From Leptolyngbyaceae cyanobacterium (lineage in GTDB: Bacteria; Cyanobacteriota; Cyanobacteriia; Phormidesmidales; Phormidesmidaceae): a stretch of 27,626 nt of DNA. A program made the translations under genes and the position numbers. Within the stretch, counting starts at the first letter, position 1; each line of letters opens with the position of its first letter. Below, piece after piece: positions 1 to 7,661 of the stretch. The notes beneath the pieces are model-generated. The model did not search any database. It was not told the DNA's origin and saw nothing but the letters and a program-made list of their open reading frames with translations. The DNA lies in assembly GCA_050331235.1 (NCBI GenBank), contig JBHJHA010000014.1:1-27626 (forward strand), given 5' to 3'.

Positions 1-136
1 CACGCTCCACCAGGCGTTGGGTGAGTTGTTTCAGTAAGCCGGATTCGCCCAGGATTTCTTCTGGACTCTGGCACTCTGAGAGCATCTCATCCAGCAGTTC
101 ATCGGCACGATTCAGCTCTTGCTTTTTCTTAGGCAT
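1..136 (-). CDS. IS256-family transposase, N-terminal part (runs off the window start)
   Basis: Not in the ORF track. Hand translation from the ATG at 136 gives MPKKKQELNRADELLDEMLSECQSPEEILGESGLLKQLTQRLVER..., matching the typical IS256/Mutator-type N-terminus (ELLDELL...SPEDxLGxxGLLKQLTKxLVER). An AGGAG Shine-Dalgarno lies at 145-149 (minus), 8 nt upstream. Confidence 0.88.
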   Translation of the reverse strand, partial: MPKKKQELNRADELLDEMLSECQSPEEILGESGLLKQLTQRLVER

Positions 137-197
137 GATGCAGTCTCCTGAGTTATCGGGATTCTAGACAGCTTACACAAAATTCTGATAAGTCTCC
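1..197 (-). mobile_element. Left end of an IS256-family insertion sequence, terminal inverted repeat about 171-197
   Basis: Minus strand reads GGAGACTTATCAGAATTTTGTGTAAGC, which contains the TTGTGTAA core seen in IS256-family ends, about 35-60 nt upstream of the transposase start. The other end and the target duplication lie outside the window. Confidence 0.8.
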
Positions 198-315
198 TTT
201 TGGGGAGACACAATGCCTGAACGCGAATCCGCTGCCCGGAAAGCTGGTACTGCTTCATTAAAGACAACAGCACTGAAGCGTCTCCTCGAATCTCGATTGT
301 GCAAGTAGTGCTCAT
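198..315 (-). pseudogene. Truncated 5' fragment of a transposase-like HTH gene (IS630-like), cut by the IS256 element
   Basis: MSTTCTIEIRGDASVLLSLMKQYQLSGQRIRVQALCLPK resembles cyanobacterial IS630-type N-termini as I recall them (IEIxESxxELxxLLxQQ...KERVQALYLLK). The similarity stops at the IS256 end. Confidence 0.45.
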
Positions 316-583
316 CGCCTCTGGCCCGAAACGATACGTCTAGGATTGTGGGACATTTCAAAACTAAAACCGTATGAGTCCAACGTTCATCAGGCTTTCA
401 GATTTCTCAGCCAGCTGTTAGCTCAGGCTTATCCATTTAGGGGGTAGCGCTCAGCCGATACCGTCAAGATGGTAATCAAGCTAGAGCATTCAACTACATT
501 CAACTAAAGGAGCTGCCCCATGAACCGTTCATATCGTGCTCACTGCGCTGACCGATCGCCTAGACGGTAACCGCCCCCATATC

Positions 584-604
584 GCCCCTATAGCAGGGGC
601 CTTT
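584..604. terminator. Short GC hairpin downstream of the MFS gene
   Basis: GCCCCT (584-589), ATAGC loop, AGGGGC (595-600), followed by CTTT on +. It lies about 40 nt past the MFS stop. Confidence 0.35.
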
Positions 605-638
605 AACACCGGTACTGATGCGACGAGGCCAGTCGACG

Positions 639-2030
639 TTATTTGGCGATCGCCTCTGACTCTAGTGGTGACGTCAGCCCTGGCTGGCCTGCCGGTTGGG
701 CAGCGACCTCTTTTACCCGGAGAGTCAACGGGACAGCAATGAGCAGACAGACGCCTCCCAGCACCACTGCCAGTAGCCGATTGTTGTCCAGCAAGTGCGC
801 CATAATCCACCCCAAGCCAAGGGAGATGACAATCTCAGGCAGGACGATGAACATATTAAAAATGCCCATATAAATGCCCCCCTTTTTGGCTGGCAGTGAG
901 CCCACCAGCATGGCGTAGGGCAACGACAAGATACTCGACCAGGCTACGCCAACACCGAGCATCGGCAGCAAGGCCCATCTCGGCGACGGCACAAACCAAA
1001 GCGAGATCAGCCCAAACCCGCCGCAAGCTAAACAAAGGGCATGGGCCATTGGCCGATTGGTCGCTGCGGCGAGTTTGGGCAAGAAAAATGAAGCGCCAAA
1101 GCAAACTGCATTGTAAGCAGCGATACAGAGCCCTGCCCATTCAATGCCGCGACTATACAGTACAGAGGACTCATCCACCGCGCCAAAAAGGTTGTGGGCG
1201 ATCGCTGGTGGAAAGTACAAAAACATGCAGTACATGCCAAGCCAGCTAAATCCCTGTACCCAAGCCAGTTGTCGCATCGTGGGCGGCATTTGTCTAAAGG
1301 CAACGTAAATTTCGCGTAGGGTAGCCCCTACTCCGAGTCGCCGCTCTTGCTGCGCCTTAAAGGCCTCCATATCTCGGGGAGGCCGCTCTTCGGTGGTCAA
1401 TACCGTCCACAAGACTGTGCCCAAAAAACATGCCGCCCCGATGTAAAACGACAGCCTGACCGCTAGCGGTACGCCTCTGCCATCTTCGCCAGCGGACAAG
1501 TCAAATATATTTGACAGCACCCAGGGTAGGGCCGCAGCGAGTACCGAACCCAAACCAATAAACAAGCTCTGCATCGCAAAGCCTTTGGTGCGCTGTTTAG
1601 CCGGTAGGAGATCGCTAACGAATGCTCGAAACGGCTCCATACTGATATTGGCAGCAGTATCTAAAAGCCATAACAGCCCCACAGCAACCCATAAGCTCCC
1701 GGCATTAGGCATGCAAACCAGTGCTAAGGAGCCCAAAATCGCCCCAATCAAAAAATAGGGACGGCGGCGACCTAGTGGTCCCCAGGTGTTGTCGCTGAGA
1801 TTGCCAATAATAGGTTGGACGATTAAGCCAGTCAGGGGAGCCGCTAACCAAAGAATCGGAATTTGGTCGGCGTTGGCTCCCAGCTTCTCAAAAATGGCAC
1901 TAGTATTCGCCATTTGTAAGCCCCAGCCAAACTGAATGCCAAAAAAGCCAAAACTCATGTTCCAAAGTTGCCAAAAGGCCAATTTGGGTTTTGCTTGCGG
2001 TGCGGTCAAAAGATACTCCCGGTTAAACAA
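639..2030 (-). CDS. MFS transporter, GPH/SLC45-like (maltose/sucrose:cation symporter type)
   Basis: 463 aa with about 12 hydrophobic helices. Motifs NMSFGFFGIQFGWGLQ, PLTGLIVQPIIGxLSD...GRRRPY, MEPFRAFVxD and GIYMGIFNxFIVLP are characteristic of this family. The true start may be the TTG at 2009, behind GGGAG. Confidence 0.9.
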   Translation of the reverse strand: MFNREYLLTAPQAKPKLAFWQLWNMSFGFFGIQFGWGLQMANTSAIFEKLGANADQIPILWLAAPLTGLIVQPIIGNLSDNTWGPLGRRRPYFLIGAILGSLALVCMPNAGSLWVAVGLLWLLDTAANISMEPFRAFVSDLLPAKQRTKGFAMQSLFIGLGSVLAAALPWVLSNIFDLSAGEDGRGVPLAVRLSFYIGAACFLGTVLWTVLTTEERPPRDMEAFKAQQERRLGVGATLREIYVAFRQMPPTMRQLAWVQGFSWLGMYCMFLYFPPAIAHNLFGAVDESSVLYSRGIEWAGLCIAAYNAVCFGASFFLPKLAAATNRPMAHALCLACGGFGLISLWFVPSPRWALLPMLGVGVAWSSILSLPYAMLVGSLPAKKGGIYMGIFNMFIVLPEIVISLGLGWIMAHLLDNNRLLAVVLGGVCLLIAVPLTLRVKEVAAQPAGQPGLTSPLESEAIAK

Positions 2031-2389
2031 CGGATAGGCAGCGATCGCTGAGTCGATGCAGTCGCTTCAATGGGAAGCCGTCAGCGATATTCGCCAAGGG
2101 AATATTCTGCAGCCGGCGCGCGGGTCAGCCGACGATACAGAGACAATTCTTCCTTGCTAACAACTAGCATGGATTGGCCTGGGCTACCGTTACTGAGGAC
2201 AAAAATCGCTGATTTTGGCTGATTGAGCCGACAACGCTGCCGCGCCTAGACAGCTGTCGCCAGCCAACTGCCAGGTGATCGGCATAAGCTAATGGGCGAT
2301 CACTGCCCAGACTTTATGTCTATGCCCTATTTTCAGTTTGGTAAACAACAATTTTTATTGCCACTATATTCCCCATATCCTCCTGGCCG

Positions 2390-4696
2390 TCACGCCGAGT
2401 GTAGCGAAATGGGTTGGGTGAGCTCCGCCTGCTTGAGGGAAGAGAGTGCCTGTGTTACCCGAGAAAGCGCTTGATGATCGCCCTGGGCATGCATAATTGC
2501 CGCTGCCGTCTCCAAATCGTTGATGGCGCGTTTTACATCGCCCTGACGCTGATAGACTGCTCCTCGATAGCAGTAAGGTAAGGCCGCCCGAGGACTTTTT
2601 TGAATAGCCTGGCTGAAATCGGCGATCGCCCCCAAACTATCATCCAGCCGCTGTCGCGCCTGCCCTCGATAAAAGTAGGGAATAGCAACTTGTTTACCCG
2701 AGGTTTGAATCGCTGCTGAAAAGTCAGCGATCGCTGCGTTGAGGTTGCCCTGATGCATTTGCAACCAACCTCGATTACACCGAGCTGCAAACAGGTGGGG
2801 ATAACGGCGCAATGCTTGGTCAAAGTCATCCATTGCCCGCTGGTAGTGTTTCTTATCGGCCATGATCAGTCCCCGATTGTTGAGCGCCACCGGGTCATCT
2901 GGCTGCAGGCGCAACACCTGGGCATAGTCGGCAACCGCCCCTTCAGCGTCTCGCAGATCATATCGGGTAACCGCCCGGTTGAAATAGGCATCGGCCTCCT
3001 CGGGCAGCATATCCGGATGCTCAAAGCGGTAAAGCAGCTGATTGATAATGTGGGTATCGCTGGTTTTGACCCGGAGATCAAGCTCTGGAAAAACACTGCT
3101 GGTGGCGGGTAAAGCCTGTAGCCCTAAGATGGCATAGCGATGGTCGCAAATGATGAACTGTTCTTTGGTACCTAGAATCTTGAACGAGAACAGCTCCGGA
3201 TATTTTTGCTTGAGGGGCAACAGATGGTTGAGCGTTGACTTGAGCAACCGCCGTTGCATAGTGGTTAGCCGCCATTGCTGAGCGATCGCCCGGAGCAAAT
3301 GACCCTCAGTGCGATCGCCCGGATGACACCACCCGATTTCCAATCGACATCCCCCTGCTAGCAGTTCTGTAAATCGGTCGACCAAACGCGCATCCAACTC
3401 CACCGTTGATGTCCAGGGCCAAACCAACACCAAGCGTTCAGAAACGCTATCCAGAGCCTCGCTTAGGGACTGCTCAATTGCTGACCAGCCTTGTTCCTGG
3501 AAGTTACTCCGCAGCGACATCAACCACTGGAACCCCTCATCTGGTTTTTCAGCTGCCGCATCTGACTTGGGTGGCAGTGGCACGGGCAAACGACTGTGGG
3601 GCTGGGCCGACCAGGCCTCCTGCTGCTGCATCAAATCTTGCGTCTGCTGCTCTAACATTGATAACTGCCATTGCAACCCACTCAAATACGTGGCGGTAGT
3701 ACCTCGGATTTCTGCTGTGATGTCAAAGGGCACTGAAATATCATCTAACCGATTTTCGACTTGCCTTAAACCCGTCGCGAGGGCGGCCAAGTCCGTTCGA
3801 AATTGATGCACTTCAATGCTGGTGGGGGCCACTTGACCACTCGTCATTCCGTCGGGGCCAGAGCGCAACCGATCCACAACGTGCTGTAAATGTTCTTGAT
3901 TATCCTGTACAGCTTTGAGCTTTTCGGTCAGAGACACAAAGTCGCGCCGGGGCACCAAGTCAGAAACCGCTTTGATCAGCTCGCGCACTTCCCCTTTGAG
4001 CATATTGGGATCAGCCCCGTTGGGCATCTGGCGCAGCCGCCGGTCTAAATGGCGCACGGCATCTTGTAAAGTTGCTTGGGCGGTTTTGCTTTCACTGCTC
4101 AGGCTTTCCAAACTGACGCGCAGCTGCATCACTTCAGTTTTCAACTGGGCCACATCGGTCTCGGTGACTTCTAGGCGGGGCGCATGGGAAAATCGCTCAA
4201 TTTGTTTACTAAGGTTGCTAACCGTAGTACAGAGATTAGTGTATTGATCTCTCAGCTCTGTTGTTTCTTGCTGAAAGCCGCTAAGGTCAGGGGCTTCGAG
4301 CGCTTCTAAACGATGCGTAAAGTCCCGTTGCAGCCGGTCAATTGATTCAATACAGTGAGTGATGTTGCGATCGCTATACGCCATTGCTGACCGCTGTAGC
4401 TGAGTAATCGATTCGGGAGAGGGAAGCGCCGACACTTGTTCGGTCAGCACTGACACTTCGGAGATGAGTTGTCCCTCCAGATCGGCGATCGCGGCATCAC
4501 TTTGCCGGAGCAGCTGTTCAATGCGGCGGCGATTGAGTAACCCAGCCGCCACCAAAGCCGTCATCGGCACCGTCGCCAGGGCTGCATTTTGGGTTGCCAA
4601 GGAAGCAACAGCCCCAGCACCAGAGCCTAAAAGCAAAGCATAGTCGGCAATGGGCCCCAAACGGCCACGTTGAAATCGATTATTCACTGGATGCAC
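2390..4696 (-). CDS. Membrane-anchored coiled-coil protein with a degenerate PLD-like domain and C-terminal TPR repeats
   Basis: N-terminal hydrophobic hairpin, then a long heptad-rich region. The central segment ERLVLVWPW...GCRLEIGW...ILGTKEQFIICDHRYAILG follows the PLD-fold pattern. About 5 TPRs follow (AYFNRA, ALNNRG, ARCNRG, PYFYRG, PYCYRG). Confidence 0.8.
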   Translation of the reverse strand: MHPVNNRFQRGRLGPIADYALLLGSGAGAVASLATQNAALATVPMTALVAAGLLNRRRIEQLLRQSDAAIADLEGQLISEVSVLTEQVSALPSPESITQLQRSAMAYSDRNITHCIESIDRLQRDFTHRLEALEAPDLSGFQQETTELRDQYTNLCTTVSNLSKQIERFSHAPRLEVTETDVAQLKTEVMQLRVSLESLSSESKTAQATLQDAVRHLDRRLRQMPNGADPNMLKGEVRELIKAVSDLVPRRDFVSLTEKLKAVQDNQEHLQHVVDRLRSGPDGMTSGQVAPTSIEVHQFRTDLAALATGLRQVENRLDDISVPFDITAEIRGTTATYLSGLQWQLSMLEQQTQDLMQQQEAWSAQPHSRLPVPLPPKSDAAAEKPDEGFQWLMSLRSNFQEQGWSAIEQSLSEALDSVSERLVLVWPWTSTVELDARLVDRFTELLAGGCRLEIGWCHPGDRTEGHLLRAIAQQWRLTTMQRRLLKSTLNHLLPLKQKYPELFSFKILGTKEQFIICDHRYAILGLQALPATSSVFPELDLRVKTSDTHIINQLLYRFEHPDMLPEEADAYFNRAVTRYDLRDAEGAVADYAQVLRLQPDDPVALNNRGLIMADKKHYQRAMDDFDQALRRYPHLFAARCNRGWLQMHQGNLNAAIADFSAAIQTSGKQVAIPYFYRGQARQRLDDSLGAIADFSQAIQKSPRAALPYCYRGAVYQRQGDVKRAINDLETAAAIMHAQGDHQALSRVTQALSSLKQAELTQPISLHSA

Positions 4697-5158
4697 TCAC
4701 AACTGGATGGTAGGTTGGCAAACGACCTATCGCTGCAGGCTAGCGCGATCGCTTAATTCATCATCAACAGACAGGGGCGGGATGAATCGGGGGCGTCACC
4801 GTTACAAGATGGGGCAGCAATCGACCCGTCAATTCTGTTTTCCCTATCTCTTGATCCAGATCAGGAAAAGTCTGGTAATCGACGGTGAGGTTTCCGTAAA
4901 CCAGACCAGCGATCGCGAGCCGGCGGCGGGTTAGTCCGCTTTCAATCGCCGGACCGCCCGTAGCGACTTCCTTGCCTGCAGCTGGAATCCTTACCGTCTA
5001 TCCTTTGCTGTCGCTGGCCTCAATTCCAAACCTATCAAACTCAAAATTCGGCCAGCCGTTGGTTCACGATGGGGAAGATGGCAAGACCGGATAAATTTAT
5101 GGCCCAGCTGAAAACCGCTAAATAACGCTTCAGAGCAGCGCCAACTTCAACCTCGGCA

Positions 5159-5989
5159 TCACGTTTCTGAGGGGGAAGAAGAATCCCCTAGACCGGAGCT
5201 CAAGTAAGCGACCAAAAAGCCAATGGCAAACCCAGCGATATTTCGCGTGAGCGGAATCCAGTCGCTGGTACGGGTCACTACCGGGCCCACGCCAAACGCG
5301 AAAAACAAAATGCCCCACAAAGGGGAAAAGATCAGCACCCATTGCCAGGCGATCACCTGACCAGGCTTACGAGGGTGAGCTGCAAACCCCCCAATGACAC
5401 CTCCCACAATGGATGTAATGAGAGTCAAAATCCACTGTTCCTGGGGCAAACCGGGGACAACCGCGCATCCATTTTGGCGCAAACAGGTTTCAATCGACCC
5501 TAGCGCCTCAATGATCGACATATTTTCGCCATTGTCGCGCACAAAAAACTGATTGCCATAGCGAGTCTGCAGCTCGATCCAAAAGGTGCGGGGCAGTAGG
5601 TCAAACAAAGCATCCCCAACGCTGAAGTTGAGCAGGTTGCCGCCTCGGGGGTCAGCAATTAGCAAGACGCTGTGATCATCTAGCCCCCAATATTCCTTTA
5701 CCGCTCGCCCCGGAGTGCGATCGTACTGGGTGAGTACGCGCATTTTCCAACCGCTTTCGTCTTCAAAGGTTTGAATCCGCTCGTTGAGGCGAGCCTCTTC
5801 GGCGGTGCTTAGGGAGTTGGCCAAGTCAATGATGAAAGTTGGCTCGTCGGGTAATAAATCAGGATTGTCGTAGGCCAACGCCGCTGGTGTAGCTAAAGAC
5901 CACCCGAGCAATCCCACCCAAATTACTAAAAACCACCGCATTGTCCGGTGTTTGATCCAACCCGCCATCGAAGTTCCCATATCTGCCAC
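5159..5989 (-). CDS. TPM-domain protein, homologue of the thylakoid lumen 15 kDa-type protein with C-terminal TM helices
   Basis: Signal peptide ending PAALA, then YDNPDLLP...GWKMRVLTQ...DPRGGNLLNFSVG...FWIELQTRYGNQFFVRDNG, then three hydrophobic helices. The true start is probably a downstream Met. Confidence 0.85.
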   Translation of the reverse strand: MADMGTSMAGWIKHRTMRWFLVIWVGLLGWSLATPAALAYDNPDLLPDEPTFIIDLANSLSTAEEARLNERIQTFEDESGWKMRVLTQYDRTPGRAVKEYWGLDDHSVLLIADPRGGNLLNFSVGDALFDLLPRTFWIELQTRYGNQFFVRDNGENMSIIEALGSIETCLRQNGCAVVPGLPQEQWILTLITSIVGGVIGGFAAHPRKPGQVIAWQWVLIFSPLWGILFFAFGVGPVVTRTSDWIPLTRNIAGFAIGFLVAYLSSGLGDSSSPSET

Positions 5990-6148
5990 GCGTAAATCAA
6001 TTTAGTACCTGAGCACTCTTTTATCATGAGCACTCATTTGTTTACAGTTTTTTACTTTATTCTAAGGGATTTGCAGTCGGATTCTCAGAAATAGGCTGTA
6101 GCACTTTCCCAATGGCTAAGAGCTCTTGAGAGATGGCCAGCATTTTTG

Positions 6149-6703
6149 CTAATGAGAGGGCGTATCTTGGACTTCGCTTTCCGCAGTTAGGGCAGCAGCA
6201 GATCTGTCCTCAGGAGATATAACATCCCCATATGGGTCTGCGTCAGGTGTTTTGGCGGGGGAGACAGGCCTGCTGGTTAGGGGTGTTGCGTGGGGCCCGT
6301 GGGCGGTGGAAGTGCGCTGAGGTGAAGGCGAATTCGTCGGCGCTGACTCCGGGCGTCGCAGCGCTGTCCAAGCGGCGCTGACTCCGGCCATCAGACTCTG
6401 GGTGCCGACTTTGGCTTGCTGGCTCGCTGCGCTGACGCTTTGATCAACTTGTTGGGCAACACGACCTGCACTTTGAACACCAGTATTGACGTCTTCGGTC
6501 AGTCGGGTGATCTCCATGCTCGCCAGTCGTACTGACTCTAATAAAGGGGGTAAGTCACGATTAATCGTGTCACAGAGCTTTTCGACACTCCGGGCAGCGC
6601 GACTGAGTTCAACTACGGCGGGGACCAATACCACTAAAACTGCTGTCAGACTTACTGACACCAGCAAAAATGAGAGAACTAGCCACAGAATAGGATTAGT
6701 CAC
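6149..6703 (-). CDS. DUF948-like membrane-anchored coiled-coil protein
   Basis: N-terminal TM helix, ELSRAARSVEKLCDTINRDLPPLLESVRL conserved block and a Pro/Ser-rich tail. It lies directly downstream of a YtxH-like gene. Confidence 0.75.
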   Translation of the reverse strand: MTNPILWLVLSFLLVSVSLTAVLVVLVPAVVELSRAARSVEKLCDTINRDLPPLLESVRLASMEITRLTEDVNTGVQSAGRVAQQVDQSVSAASQQAKVGTQSLMAGVSAAWTALRRPESAPTNSPSPQRTSTAHGPHATPLTSRPVSPAKTPDADPYGDVISPEDRSAAALTAESEVQDTPSH

Positions 6704-6726
6704 TACGGGTCAAACTTACGCCAAAT

Positions 6727-7059
6727 TTAGCTGTCGTAATCATGGGTATGTCGAGTTTCGTCAGCTGTGAGGTTGGCATACTCTTGCATTGAGGCCTCTT
6801 GTCCCGCAGCGATCGCCTCCCGTAGACGAATTAATGTGGCCTCCCACTGCCGCAGTGACGATTCTGATAACCGACCCGTTTGCAGTTGGAGAGAAGTCGC
6901 CAAGTCTTCTACCATTTCTGGCAGGGCATCTGCGGACTTACGCAAAAACTGTCGCGTTTCTTTGCCTGGTCGCGGTGCCACGAGTAAACCGGTGATTGCA
7001 CCGATCGCGGTGCCAATGACGACCCCGCCTAAAAACGCCCCCGATTTATTCTCTGACAT
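6727..7059 (-). CDS. YtxH-domain protein
   Basis: FLGGVVIGTAIGAITGLLVAPRPGKETR is the YtxH signature. Start placed at the ATG at 7059 (MSENK). Confidence 0.88.
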   Translation of the reverse strand: MSENKSGAFLGGVVIGTAIGAITGLLVAPRPGKETRQFLRKSADALPEMVEDLATSLQLQTGRLSESSLRQWEATLIRLREAIAAGQEASMQEYANLTADETRHTHDYDS

Positions 7060-7153
7060 CGTTTTAGTTTCCTCTGTGTTGCTGCGATCGCCGGTCACTG
7101 ACGAGCCCCCATGGGCTGGTTGTCCTCTATTTAATCATTGATTTCTTCAGCTC

Positions 7154-7498
7154 TTAGCGGCGATCTTGGCGAATTCCAGCCCGCAGCAACTGGAATAGAC
7201 GCAACACTGTTATAAAGATGGTTTGCAACTGCTTCAACTGGCGCTGTAGGCGGCGGTAGCGCTGATGGACAGAGGCCATGGCTGCTTGACTCTGTCGAAG
7301 ATCTGCTAACGACTGGTCGGGGCTGAGGGCGACACGAGTTTGGCGTTCCCAACTCTCTAGGGCGACAGTCGTAGCGGCCAAGACACATCTGAGTCGCCAT
7401 AGCCGCCATGCCAAAAGGAATCCGAGCAGCGCGATCGCGACATTTAAAGCAATCACTAGCTGAATCACGGTGCTGTTCCTCCGACTAAGGGACGACAT
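7154..7498 (-). CDS. Hypothetical membrane-anchored protein
   Basis: 114 aa with one N-terminal TM helix and a helical C-terminus. Co-oriented and first in the YtxH/DUF948 run. Confidence 0.7.
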   Translation of the reverse strand: MSSLSRRNSTVIQLVIALNVAIALLGFLLAWRLWRLRCVLAATTVALESWERQTRVALSPDQSLADLRQSQAAMASVHQRYRRLQRQLKQLQTIFITVLRLFQLLRAGIRQDRR

Positions 7499-7661
7499 AT
7501 GATTTGCAGTTTAGCGCTTAAATGTGCCGTCACCGCTCTTTTGCAACCTGGAGTAGAATTTGGTCGCATCGGATTAAACTGGCGGCAACAGCACTGATAG
7601 AACACGTCTAAAAAATGCCGAGAGCGATGCTGCTTTACTAACTCCACTGTTTTCCAATCTT

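Noticed and set aside
5159..5989. Calling the TPM protein psb32
   Set aside because: The motifs match the other TPM subfamily (lumen 15 kDa-like, DPRGGN), so no symbol was assigned.
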